Below are positions 1 to 8,898 of a stretch of DNA of 64,000 nt, one piece after another (position 1 is the first letter of the stretch; every line of letters begins with the position of its first letter). The notes below the pieces were generated by a model that was not told where the DNA came from, ran no database searches, and saw only the letters and a list, made by a program, of their open reading frames with translations. The stretch lies in the sequence record PX441839.1; one strand, 5' to 3'. Source of the DNA: a phage. Both the position numbers and the translations under genes were made by a program.

Positions 1-2769
1 ACACTGGAAATTCGGCAAGGTGCTCTGTATGTGCGCCCACAAGAGACCCAGATCTCTCAAGATCCTGCAAACAAGATTGAACTGAAACCTGACGGTATCT
101 TTGTAGAAACCGTAAAAGGTGATAAGGGAGATACAGGTGAGCAAGGACCAGCAGGTCCAGAAGGTCCTCAGGGTCCAGCAGGTAAAGACGGCGCACCTGG
201 TGTAGAAGGTCCTCGTGGACCAGAAGGTGAAAGAGGTCCGGCTGGAATCGGCATCAATGTTATTGCTCAGTTGGCAACTGTTGATCAGCTTCCTCCTGTA
301 GAGAACTACGAAGATGGTGACACCTTCGTTATTGATGGTCACTTCTGGACTAAAACTACAGTAGGTGATACATCCCAGTGGACTGATGTCGGATCTTTCA
401 TTGGACCAGAAGGTCTGGATGCCTATGAGGTTGCTGTACAAGATGGTTTCGAAGGTACAGTTGATGAATGGTTGGCAAGCCTTCGTGGTGCTGACGGTAT
501 CGGTCTGCAACTCTTAGGTTCATTCAGAAGCGTTGATGACCTCCCAATGGAAGATAACAAGGCAGGTGATGCCTATATCGTCCAAGAGCAGATGTGGGTT
601 TGGGACACTGTTCAGTGGGCACCTGTTGGACAGGTTGGCCCAGAAGGTAAGTCAGCGTATCAAGTTTGGTTGGCTAATGGTAACACTGGTTCGCAGAATG
701 ACTTCTTGGCATCCTTAAAAGGAGAGAAAGGAGACAAGGGCGATAAAGGTGATAAAGGAGACAAGGGTGAAGACGGTAAGAACGCCAACGCCGTAAACAT
801 TCTTGGATCTGTTGAAACCGAGGCTGACCTTCCTGACGGTGCTGATGCCGGGGACGCATACCTGATCGGAGAGAACGTATGGGTATCCGATGGCGCAGGT
901 AAATGGACAGACCTTGGCTCTTTCCGTGGTCCAGAAGGTCCTCGTGGAGTACCTGGTGAAAAGGGTGACAAGGGCGATACTGGTGCTCAAGGTGGTACAG
1001 GTAAGAGCAACTATGACCTCGCTGTAGAGGAAGGATTCACTGGAACTGTTGCCGAATATTTGGAATCCATCAAGGGTGAAAAAGGAGACCAAGGTCCACA
1101 AGGTCCTCGTGGACTGACCGGACCTAAAGGCGACAAAGGTGACACTGGAACAGGACTTACAGTTAAAGGATCTGTTGCATCTGTAGAAGACCTACCTGCT
1201 GCTGGAAATGCAGAAGGTGATGCCTATTTCGTTGGTACTCATATGTATGTTTTCCTGTCTGGTGCATGGGAAGATGTCGGTGAGTTGAAAGGTGAAAAAG
1301 GCGATAAGGGTGACACAGGACCTAAGGGAGATACAGGCCCACAGGGTCCAGCGGGTGAGCGTGGTCCTCAGGGTGTTCAAGGTCTTAAAGGCGACACTGG
1401 CCCAGTGGGTCCTCAAGGACCAGCAGGTAGGGACGGTGTAGACGGTACAAACGGAACCGATGGTAAAGACGGAACAGGTCTGATGCCAAAAGGCACCGTT
1501 GCAACTCAGGCGGATCTCCCTGCAACTGGTAATTCTATCGGTGATTTTTATACGGTAGAAGAGGAAGGAAGGGGTTACGCTTGGAACGGAACAGAGTGGA
1601 TCTACTCCGGTGTGGCTCAGGGTCCTCAAGGACCAGCGGGTGAAAACGGTGCTGATGGTGCTACAGGTCCTCAAGGCCCACAGGGTCCTAAGGGTGACAA
1701 AGGAGACATGGGGCAAGGTATTCTGCCGAAGGGAACTGTCCCGACTCAGGCTGACCTTCCTACCGAAAACAATGAAATTGGTGACTTCTATGTTGCTGAT
1801 GACACTGGAATCGGTTACGCTTGGAATGGCACAACCTTCATTAACTCTGGGATTTCTCGTGGTAAAGACGGGGAACAAGGTCCACAGGGTGAACAGGGTA
1901 TTCAAGGTGAGCAGGGTCCTGCTGGTCCTAAGGGAGATACGGGGGATACTGGTCCTCAAGGCCCACAGGGGGATATTGGCCCAGGTGTAGAAATCATCGG
2001 TAAGCTGAATGATCCTTCTGAACTTCCGGCAACCGGAGAACTTGGTCAAGGATACCTGATCGAGGGTGACTTCTGGGGTTGGACAGGTCAAGCTTACGAG
2101 AACTTGGGACAGATTCGCGGACCTGCGGGTCCGGTTGGTCCACAAGGGAACCCAGGTCCTGTAGGTGAGCAGGGTGTTCGTGGTGAGAAGGGTGATCAAG
2201 GCTCCTTATGGATCGTCTTTGGTAGAGAACCTACTCCTGCTGATGGTCGCGTAGGTGACTACTTCATGAACTCTTCCACTCTGGAGTTCTTCCGTAAGAC
2301 TTCTGCAACCAACTGGGCATCTCTTGGTTACATGGGTGGCGGTAACGTCTACGATGCACCTAAAGATGGGAAGCAGTACACCCGTTTAGATGGTGATTGG
2401 GAAGTTCTTTCTGTTACTGAGGCACCTGAGGACGGTGGGTACTACATCCGTACCAATGGTCAATGGCAAAAATTAGATCGTTACGACCTCCGTGTTGTTG
2501 AAACTACAGGTGCTATGGACGTATCTGTGAGTAACTGCTTCAAGGTTGACGGGACGGCTAATAAAACCATGTCTCTCACAGGACTCCCTCCTGACAGGGC
2601 GATGACTATTGTTATTCGCTTCTTGGGTAAAGGGGCGCAGTTGACTTGGCCTTCAAACCTTGCTTGGTCAAATGGTACACCTCCTGCTCTTGGCACAACC
2701 CGTACAGTGGTAACTCTGTTCTGGGACGGTGAATTCCTGACTGGGACTCAGGCGATGACTGTTGACTAA
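1..2769 (+). CDS. collagen-like repeat fiber protein (5-prime partial)
   Basis: ORF 31..2769 has no in-frame stop back to the window edge. Long Gly-X-Y tracts ([25 protein letters not shown]...) are interrupted by at least 6 copies of a ~50-aa module (DLP...GD.Y...W.W.G). TAA stop is followed by a terminator. Confidence 0.8.
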   Translation, partial: TLEIRQGALYVRPQETQISQDPANKIELKPDGIFVETVKGDKGDTGEQGPAGPEGPQGPAGKDGAPGVEGPRGPEGERGPAGIGINVIAQLATVDQLPPVENYEDGDTFVIDGHFWTKTTVGDTSQWTDVGSFIGPEGLDAYEVAVQDGFEGTVDEWLASLRGADGIGLQLLGSFRSVDDLPMEDNKAGDAYIVQEQMWVWDTVQWAPVGQVGPEGKSAYQVWLANGNTGSQNDFLASLKGEKGDKGDKGDKGDKGEDGKNANAVNILGSVETEADLPDGADAGDAYLIGENVWVSDGAGKWTDLGSFRGPEGPRGVPGEKGDKGDTGAQGGTGKSNYDLAVEEGFTGTVAEYLESIKGEKGDQGPQGPRGLTGPKGDKGDTGTGLTVKGSVASVEDLPAAGNAEGDAYFVGTHMYVFLSGAWEDVGELKGEKGDKGDTGPKGDTGPQGPAGERGPQGVQGLKGDTGPVGPQGPAGRDGVDGTNGTDGKDGTGLMPKGTVATQADLPATGNSIGDFYTVEEEGRGYAWNGTEWIYSGVAQGPQGPAGENGADGATGPQGPQGPKGDKGDMGQGILPKGTVPTQADLPTENNEIGDFYVADDTGIGYAWNGTTFINSGISRGKDGEQGPQGEQGIQGEQGPAGPKGDTGDTGPQGPQGDIGPGVEIIGKLNDPSELPATGELGQGYLIEGDFWGWTGQAYENLGQIRGPAGPVGPQGNPGPVGEQGVRGEKGDQGSLWIVFGREPTPADGRVGDYFMNSSTLEFFRKTSATNWASLGYMGGGNVYDAPKDGKQYTRLDGDWEVLSVTEAPEDGGYYIRTNGQWQKLDRYDLRVVETTGAMDVSVSNCFKVDGTANKTMSLTGLPPDRAMTIVIRFLGKGAQLTWPSNLAWSNGTPPALGTTRTVVTLFWDGEFLTGTQAMTVD

Positions 2770-2775
2770 TAAGCT

Positions 2776-2796
2776 GGGGGCTTCGGCCCCCTTTTT
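2776..2796 (+). terminator. rho-independent terminator
   Basis: GGGGGC-TTCG-GCCCCC hairpin followed by TTTTT, directly after the stop at 2769. Confidence 0.7.
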
Positions 2797-2810
2797 AAAA
2801 GGAGATTTAA

Positions 2811-3461
2811 ATGGCAGTAGATCCAAACAGCAAGATTGAAGCTTGGACACCCATGATCAGAATTTCTGACATGAAATATCCAGTTTACCTGCGTGACTAT
2901 CTTGAGGAGTACAAAAACGTCAGTATCGGGTCTTTCGTGTGGGAAAGCGGGATGCGTGAGGTTGGATACTTTAAAGTCCACGATGTAGAAATCCCTATTG
3001 GGGATGTAGTCGTAGAAGGTGAACCAGCCTATAACGAGGAAGATGAACTTTGGTATAAGACTTGGATTGTCAGGGATTTCACCGAAGAGGAGATTGCTCA
3101 CAATCTCTATATGGCAAAAGAGGACGCTAAGTCTCAAGCTTATCGAATTTTTACCAATGATCAATCTTCCGGTGTTCTGGTAGATGGAGATCAGTTTAAT
3201 GTTGAGCCTCGTGAGATTACCAACTTAAGAGGTACACTCGAACTTGCCAATTTAGCAGGTGATGAGGAGAAGTTTCTTGTTCGCAAGGCAGACTTTTCAA
3301 TTCTGGAGCTTACTGCAAAAGAGACTGTTGAAAAGGTCACAAAAATAATTCTAGAGCAAGGAAAGTTACACCAAGCCCTTCTGAGCCATGTAAAAGAAAT
3401 CATGGATGCGGAAGACAGTGATTTAATCCCACCAACCCCACACACTTTCTTAGGAGAATAA
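2811..3461 (+). CDS. hypothetical protein (structural module)
   Basis: 216-aa ORF, AAAGGAG RBS about 7 nt upstream of ATG, co-oriented with structural genes. Confidence 0.6.
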   Translation: MAVDPNSKIEAWTPMIRISDMKYPVYLRDYLEEYKNVSIGSFVWESGMREVGYFKVHDVEIPIGDVVVEGEPAYNEEDELWYKTWIVRDFTEEEIAHNLYMAKEDAKSQAYRIFTNDQSSGVLVDGDQFNVEPREITNLRGTLELANLAGDEEKFLVRKADFSILELTAKETVEKVTKIILEQGKLHQALLSHVKEIMDAEDSDLIPPTPHTFLGE

Positions 3462-3462
3462 T

Positions 3463-3813
3463 ATGTCTGCAATCGGCGGAACATCTTTAGGTCTGATTAC
3501 TGGCTATGCGATCATGGATCAGTCAACTGGTGAAACAAAAACCATCTCCGAGTTACTCAGTGGTGCTGGGGGCGGCACACCGGGTCCTGTTGGACCTAAG
3601 GGAGATCAGGGTGAAGTTGGACCTCAAGGACCTAAGGGCGACACAGGCCCTGCTGGACCGCAGGGTCCTCAAGGGGAGCAGGGTGTAGGTATTGCACATG
3701 CCAATACAAAAATTGATGGACGTAATGTAACCATTATGTTTACGATGACGGATAACACAGTGAAAGAAGTTGTTTTCACAATTCCTGAACCAACCCCGAC
3801 CCCCTCTGCCTGA
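3463..3813 (+). CDS. small collagen-like repeat protein
   Basis: 116 aa; Gly-X-Y tract [37 protein letters not shown]; AGGAG RBS; start overlaps previous stop (TAATATG). Confidence 0.65.
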   Translation: MSAIGGTSLGLITGYAIMDQSTGETKTISELLSGAGGGTPGPVGPKGDQGEVGPQGPKGDTGPAGPQGPQGEQGVGIAHANTKIDGRNVTIMFTMTDNTVKEVVFTIPEPTPTPSA

Positions 3814-3825
3814 TATATTTACACC

Positions 3826-3848
3826 ACCGCCCTTCGGGGCGGTTTTCT
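3826..3848 (+). terminator. rho-independent terminator
   Basis: ACCGCCC-TTCG-GGGCGGT hairpin followed by a T-run. Confidence 0.6.
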
Positions 3849-3870
3849 TGTATCTGCTTAAGGAGAAATT

Positions 3871-4545
3871 ATGGCAAAGCTTAAGGGTATTACTGGAAAT
3901 CAAAATGGGGTATTCTATGGTTATGCCCTCTATGATTTAAAATCTGAGAAGCTTATTCCTTTTAATGAGATTGGGGTAGGAGGCGGAGAAGCAGAGCAAG
4001 GTCCGGTAGGTCCTGTTGGACCACAAGGACCTAAAGGTGACAAAGGTGATCCTGGACCTCAAGGTTTGAGAGGTCCTCAAGGTCCTCAGGGACCTAAAGG
4101 TGATCCTGGCGCAAAGGGTGATGAAGGGATCGATGGTGCTGTTGGACCACAAGGTCCAAAAGGGGATAGGGGAGAACCAGGACCAGAAGGACCACAAGGT
4201 CCAATCGGACCCCGTGGACCAGTGGGACCTGCGGGAGCGACGGGTCTTAACTGGAAGGGACAGTATTCTGACTCTGTTACTTATCTTCTTGACGACGCTG
4301 TCGCGTTTAATGGTGCAACCTACTTTTCTGTCAAGGAGTCAACAGGGATAAGCCCAGCGGAAGATACAGTTCAAGAATACTGGGCTGTAATGGCAGCTTC
4401 TGGGGTAAAGGGAGACCAAGGTCCACAAGGTCCCGTGGGACCAGTGGGTCCTCAAGGTGAAAGAGGTGAACAGGGTATTCAAGGACCGAGAGGTCCAGTT
4501 GGAGAGACAGGACCTGCTGGACCTCGCGGACCGGAAGGGATTTAG
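3871..4545 (+). CDS. collagen-like repeat protein (ends at in-frame TAG)
   Basis: 224 aa with several Gly-X-Y tracts and a globular insert ([24 protein letters not shown]...). The stop is TAG at 4543-4545 and the same frame continues as collagen-like sequence. Confidence 0.6.
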   Translation: MAKLKGITGNQNGVFYGYALYDLKSEKLIPFNEIGVGGGEAEQGPVGPVGPQGPKGDKGDPGPQGLRGPQGPQGPKGDPGAKGDEGIDGAVGPQGPKGDRGEPGPEGPQGPIGPRGPVGPAGATGLNWKGQYSDSVTYLLDDAVAFNGATYFSVKESTGISPAEDTVQEYWAVMAASGVKGDQGPQGPVGPVGPQGERGEQGIQGPRGPVGETGPAGPRGPEGI

Positions 4546-4860
4546 GGACCACAGGGACCTCAAGGTATTCAGGGTCCTCAAGGTAAAAAGGGAGTTAATT
4601 GGAGGGGGAACTGGTTTAGAAACACCACATACACGAAAGATGACGCTGTTTATTTTGAAGGTACGAGTTGGATTTGCGATATAGACCATTCCTCGTCAGA
4701 TGACAATAAACCGGGAAGCCCTCAAAGATTTAAGTGGGCAGTTTTCGCCAAGAAAGGGGAAGACGGTCCTCAAGGACCTGCGGGAGAGCCAAAGAAAATC
4801 AACCATGTACTTCGGAATTGCTCCTGGAAATGGGGTGACATCATTCCTTGGACTTCCTAA
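4546..4860 (+). other. collagen-like reading frame continuing after the TAG, no start codon of its own
   Basis: Same frame as 3871..4545 encodes GPQGPQGIQGPQGKKG, a second copy of the NW.G....TY..DDAV.F.G module, and GEDGPQGPAGEP, then a TAA stop at 4858-4860. Confidence 0.4.
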
Positions 4861-5203
4861 TTCACCTACCCTTATGTTGGCGATACGGGGATTGGCGGAT
4901 AAGAATATTTCCGTAGGGCTTGTCTCTGGCGGTGCAGACAAGAGAGTTTCTTACAGATTTAGCTCTTTGTATGGTGGAGGTGGTGTTGATGGTCAATTTA
5001 ACCAATCTTACAACTTAACAAATGGTCTTCCTTTTATGGTTGACACACTCTATTACATGGACTCTCAAGAGAACCAAGTGATACTTATAAGTGATCTTGA
5101 AACTGGACAGGTATGGAGAGCGGATATGTGGGGAATAAACAGAAGATATTTTGTCGAGGTCTTTGAATTGACCGATGGCCCACAAGAGTACAAAATATAT
5201 TGA
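4805..5203 (+). CDS. hypothetical protein (possibly a C-terminal domain joined to the collagen-like gene by a frame change)
   Basis: +1-frame ORF from ATG 4805 (MYFGIAPGNG...); no convincing RBS; overlaps the end of the collagen-like frame. Confidence 0.35.
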   Translation: MYFGIAPGNGVTSFLGLPNSPTLMLAIRGLADKNISVGLVSGGADKRVSYRFSSLYGGGGVDGQFNQSYNLTNGLPFMVDTLYYMDSQENQVILISDLETGQVWRADMWGINRRYFVEVFELTDGPQEYKIY

Positions 5204-5208
5204 TAACT

Positions 5209-5236
5209 AGCCACCTTCGGGTGGCTTTATTTTTTA
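5209..5236 (+). terminator. rho-independent terminator
   Basis: AGCCACC-TTCG-GGTGGCT hairpin followed by TTTATTTTTT. Confidence 0.6.
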
Positions 5237-5264
5237 TGACTTTCGTAACGATATGTGGTAATAT
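5236..5264 (+). promoter_or_regulatory. putative sigma70/sigmaA-type promoter with extended -10 (TGgTAATAT)
   Basis: TGnTAATAT about 25 nt upstream of the RBS of the 5290 gene; weak -35 (ATGACT). Confidence 0.4.
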
Positions 5265-5289
5265 GTAATCTAACAATAATGGAGGTTAT

Positions 5290-5820
5290 ATGACCAACGA
5301 AGAACTGATTGAACTGGTCAGGGCTTTCCTCGGCAACGCTGATTCAGAAACCCTGCCTGATAACATAATCCTTCTGTTTTACAATAAGTGGGGGTTGTCT
5401 ATGGATCTAGACAATCACCCAGAAAGATTTCCAAACGTGCTATACAATACGGTTGTAGACTGCGTAAGATGGTTAATTGCTCAAGAGGTTTCAAGTGGTG
5501 CATCCTCAATAACTGAGCGATTTGAAAAGATAGGTGATGAAACTATCTCTGTGAAGGGAGGTTCATCCTGGAAATCGTGGCAAGACTTCCTTGAATGGCT
5601 TCTTCTGAACCCTGATTACATAGATCCCTCATTGGCTATGAACTCCTCGCTGGTGATCATAGGTGGTGTAAGAAAGGACAGATTCATGTCTGTTAAGAAC
5701 AACCCCAATTCTTATAATGGGTTTATGGAACAGGGGGTTTTCCCTACTCCAGCGATACCGAAGAAGGCTAAATGGCCCGGAGGCGGTGGAGGTTATCGCA
5801 GTAGCCCGTGGCTTCGATAA
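5290..5820 (+). CDS. hypothetical virion protein (possible head-tail adaptor)
   Basis: 176 aa; GGAGG RBS; N-terminus (EELIELVRAFLG...) loosely resembles gp6-like connector proteins; sits between fiber genes and the tail genes. Confidence 0.5.
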   Translation: MTNEELIELVRAFLGNADSETLPDNIILLFYNKWGLSMDLDNHPERFPNVLYNTVVDCVRWLIAQEVSSGASSITERFEKIGDETISVKGGSSWKSWQDFLEWLLLNPDYIDPSLAMNSSLVIIGGVRKDRFMSVKNNPNSYNGFMEQGVFPTPAIPKKAKWPGGGGGYRSSPWLR

Positions 5821-5833
5821 ATAATTGACTTTG

Positions 5834-5862
5834 TTGATTTTGCAAAGCTATTGTGGTAAAAT
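5834..5862 (+). promoter_or_regulatory. putative promoter TTGATT-17-TGgTAAAAT
   Basis: Near-consensus -35 TTGATT, 17-nt spacer, TG-extended -10 TAAAAT about 20 nt upstream of the GTG start at 5883. Confidence 0.5.
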
Positions 5863-5882
5863 AACTTTCATGAGGTAATTCT

Positions 5883-6344
5883 GTGGGTTATAAGTCCAAA
5901 CAAGACCTTTCTGAAATGGAAAGATACTTCGGGCAACTCACTGATTTGGCGGACAAAGAGGTTGAGTATGGCTTTTATGATGAGCAACATTACTCGGGCC
6001 TGAATATGGCAACTCTTGCCGCCATCCATGAGTATGGGTGGAATAAGCTTCCCGAACGTAACTTTATATATTCAACATCTATCCATTACAAGCAAGGATT
6101 GCAGAAGCATATAAGGAATATGCACACTGCAATTATCCAAGGGAAGTCTTTTGACAGTCACCTGAACAAGATTGGAAAGGATGGTGCCGACAGCATCAGA
6201 ATGACTATCCAACAAGGAGGATTTTCCAATCCTAAGGTATCAAAAGACTGGGCGCGTGTAAAAGGATTCGATGACGCAATGATTCACTATGGAGATTTGG
6301 CTTCCGCAGCAACTTACAAGGTTGTCAAATACCAAGGTAAATAA
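5883..6344 (+). CDS. hypothetical protein (connector/neck region)
   Basis: 153 aa; GTG start with GAGG 8 nt upstream. Confidence 0.55.
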   Translation: MGYKSKQDLSEMERYFGQLTDLADKEVEYGFYDEQHYSGLNMATLAAIHEYGWNKLPERNFIYSTSIHYKQGLQKHIRNMHTAIIQGKSFDSHLNKIGKDGADSIRMTIQQGGFSNPKVSKDWARVKGFDDAMIHYGDLASAATYKVVKYQGK

Positions 6345-6357
6345 ATAAGGGGTGAGT

Positions 6358-6798
6358 ATGGCTAGGCGATACCTCTTGTTGAGCAACAGGAACCGACTAA
6401 TCCCCCGTATTGAAGTGACGTGCCGCAGAAGATCTGCGGTAAAGACTGATCCAGACAACCCATTTGAAAATGGCTCCTTGGTAATGCAGTATGAGGAGTT
6501 CACCGCAGTGGAGTGTACTGTTCAGCCAATGCGTGGTAAGGCGGCTCGTGATCAGAACAACCAGTTACAGGTGGAAGGTGAAGTTGATTATGATTCCTAC
6601 ACCGTATACTCGGAAACCATTCTGCATCGTGCTCAAGAAGGTACGAACGAGTATTCTGACCAAATGTTACTTCCTGACTCTGTTGGGAAAGATACTTGGT
6701 TCACAGTCATGAAGGCAGATAGGTTTATAAGTTCAGGCGTTTCACGATACAGATACTATCTTATCGCTGTTCCTGAGGGAACAGAGGGAGGAATGTGA
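6358..6798 (+). CDS. hypothetical protein (connector/neck region)
   Basis: ATG at 6358 preceded by AGGGG; the track ORF begins at GTG 6352. Confidence 0.55.
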   Translation: MARRYLLLSNRNRLIPRIEVTCRRRSAVKTDPDNPFENGSLVMQYEEFTAVECTVQPMRGKAARDQNNQLQVEGEVDYDSYTVYSETILHRAQEGTNEYSDQMLLPDSVGKDTWFTVMKADRFISSGVSRYRYYLIAVPEGTEGGM

Positions 6799-7376
6799 TG
6801 AGTGATGTACCTATCACAGGACTTCCCTTTACAAATTCCGACGAGGTTATGGACTCGCTTACCAAAACCATTGGTAGGTTATGTGCCCAAGTGACAAACT
6901 ACAAAGTTGTTGAGGCAGATGATACACTACCTAAGGTGGATGGTCCATTCATTCTTGTAGATCTTTCATCTTTAGATCCCCTCGACTGGAAATCCGCAGA
7001 ATTGGTAGATGAGCAGGGTAGATATCATGCTGTTCATAACTACCAAGCGACATACACACTTACAGCTTATCGTGGAAAACCACATTGGGCCTTGTCAAGG
7101 GTTATGCAATCTTTCGGCTTGCAATTCATCTATGATAAGTTTTTCCCTTACGGGTCCCCTTATGCATATTCATCGTCTTCAACTATTGCACGGTTGCGTA
7201 TTCCGTTGAATGCCCAATATTTTGAAAATAGGGCACGAGTTCAGATTACCTTCAACGTAGCATTTGTGGAAGGCGATTTTGGTCTGTTTGAGGATCTGGA
7301 AGGAATTAGCATTGACATGGGTGTTGAATACCCAGGCGGGAAGTTGGAAGTTCCTGTAGAGGTGGAGACGGAGTAA
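6798..7376 (+). CDS. hypothetical protein (possible tail completion)
   Basis: ATG 6798 overlaps the previous stop (ATGTGATG); GAGGGAGG RBS. Confidence 0.55.
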   Translation: MSDVPITGLPFTNSDEVMDSLTKTIGRLCAQVTNYKVVEADDTLPKVDGPFILVDLSSLDPLDWKSAELVDEQGRYHAVHNYQATYTLTAYRGKPHWALSRVMQSFGLQFIYDKFFPYGSPYAYSSSSTIARLRIPLNAQYFENRARVQITFNVAFVEGDFGLFEDLEGISIDMGVEYPGGKLEVPVEVETE

Positions 7377-7381
7377 TCCGG

Positions 7382-7430
7382 TTATTGATAGGCATTGCTT
7401 ATCAGTGACAAATCAAGGGGCTTCGGCCCC
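7382..7430 (+). promoter_or_regulatory. inverted repeat plus GC hairpin upstream of the sheath gene
   Basis: TTGATAGGcattgCTTATCAg imperfect palindrome, then GGGGC-TTCG-GCCCC hairpin with no following T-tract. Confidence 0.3.
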
Positions 7431-7479
7431 ATATTGGCACAGAAGTGCTTAGTCAATAATCGTTCAAGTAGAGGACAAC

Positions 7480-8895
7480 ATGGCTTATAATGATAAGGTA
7501 GTTGAAGTTGAGGTCAACCTCGGCACCCAGCCTATTAGCACGGCAGGGTTTGAAACTCCGATGTTCCTTGCAATTCACAACGTATTCCCAGAGCGTGTGA
7601 GATTCTATATCTCCACGGAATCTATGGTGGAAGATGGTTTTGCAGTTGGATCTCCGGCACACCAGTTTGCAACAAACGCATTCATGGGTAACTTCAAGCC
7701 AAGCATGATTGCTATTGGTAGAATGGCTCAGTCTGCTGTCAAGGTAGATTTCACTGGCACAACCAACACTGATCGGGTTGTTGTTAACCTGACTGTAAAC
7801 AGGGTTGTAAAAGCTGTTCAGTTAACTCCGGCACCTGGTTCAACACCAGCGGCAATTGCAACTGCATTGGCAACTGCAATTACAGAAGACCAAGACCTCC
7901 CAACCATTACCGCAGTTGCTAACGGAACTTCTGTTACCATCACCGCAGGTGAAGGTGATGTGATGAGTGTTGGTAAGGGAGAGGGAAATTACAAGGTAGT
8001 TTCTGAATCACCGGAGACTGTGGCAACTGCACTTCCTCAAGTAATGGCAGAAAACCACGACTGGTATTTCCTGTCAACAGAGGCACGATCTGATGCAGAT
8101 ATTGTTGCAGCGGCGGAGTTCGCACAGGCAAACTACAAGCTACATGTTTTCAACAGTTCAGACCCCGATGCCTATGCACCGATGAATGTCAGTGCTTCTG
8201 TTTTTGACACCCTGAAAGCTCTGAGCTACACTTCTTTAGGAACAACTGATGCTGATGCGGATGTTGAGTTCACAGAAGGTTCAGTTGTTGGTGCGATGGC
8301 AGGTAATGACCCATCATATGGTGATTCTCTGCACCTGAAAACCATGCCTGGTATGAAGCCTTTCCAAGGTTCAGAAACCCAGCGTATGAATGCTTGGAAT
8401 AGGAACGCAAACACGTATCGTGCCATGTATGGCGGTAACAGCTACATCGAGGGTCGTGTTTCAAACTCTCAGTATGTTGACGTTATTCGCTTCTCACACT
8501 GGGTTAAATTCCGTATGGAAGAGTCCCTGTTTGCGTACATGAAGCGTCGTTCCGATATGGGTCTGTCAATGAAGATGTCAGACGCAGATCTTCCAGTAAT
8601 TAAATCTGTTCTGATGAACAACCCGATCAACATCGGTATCCGTAATGGCGGGATCTTGACTGGCTATGACTCTGTGAATAAGGTCATGTATGACCCGATT
8701 ATCACTGTGCCACGTCGAGCAGAGATCCCAACCAACGATCTTGCTAACCGTATCCTGCGTGATGTTAAAGTTGACTTAGTTTACAACAACTCACTGCATT
8801 ACGTCAAGATTCGTGCTTCTGTGGTTCTCGACCGTCCAGCAGGTCAAGGCACTAATGCCCAGACCCCTATGACCTCTTCCGCTGTAGGAGTGTAA
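7480..8895 (+). CDS. putative tail sheath protein
   Basis: 471 aa; assigned from gene order only (large protein, then 160-aa protein, then frameshifted chaperone, then tape measure); no sheath motif recognised. Confidence 0.6.
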   Translation: MAYNDKVVEVEVNLGTQPISTAGFETPMFLAIHNVFPERVRFYISTESMVEDGFAVGSPAHQFATNAFMGNFKPSMIAIGRMAQSAVKVDFTGTTNTDRVVVNLTVNRVVKAVQLTPAPGSTPAAIATALATAITEDQDLPTITAVANGTSVTITAGEGDVMSVGKGEGNYKVVSESPETVATALPQVMAENHDWYFLSTEARSDADIVAAAEFAQANYKLHVFNSSDPDAYAPMNVSASVFDTLKALSYTSLGTTDADADVEFTEGSVVGAMAGNDPSYGDSLHLKTMPGMKPFQGSETQRMNAWNRNANTYRAMYGGNSYIEGRVSNSQYVDVIRFSHWVKFRMEESLFAYMKRRSDMGLSMKMSDADLPVIKSVLMNNPINIGIRNGGILTGYDSVNKVMYDPIITVPRRAEIPTNDLANRILRDVKVDLVYNNSLHYVKIRASVVLDRPAGQGTNAQTPMTSSAVGV

Positions 8896-8898
8896 TGA

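Noticed and set aside
1192-2199. 335-aa minus-strand ORF (and similar ones at 660..971 and 715..1101) inside the collagen-like gene
   Set aside because: Antisense shadow of the low-complexity Gly-X-Y coding repeats; no RBS, and opposite to the operon orientation.
4790-4805. Programmed +1 frameshift joining the collagen frame to the 4805..5203 domain
   Set aside because: No recognisable +1 slippery or pause context; an indel, sequencing error or gene decay is a simpler explanation. It is kept only as an alternative inside the TAG finding.
7480-8895. Interpreting the 471-aa protein as a major capsid protein (siphovirus-type order)
   Set aside because: A separate 160-aa protein follows before the chaperone and tape measure genes, and a P2/PBSX-like baseplate set (W-, J-, I-like) follows the tape measure. 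That favours sheath plus tube, although no sheath motif was recognised.
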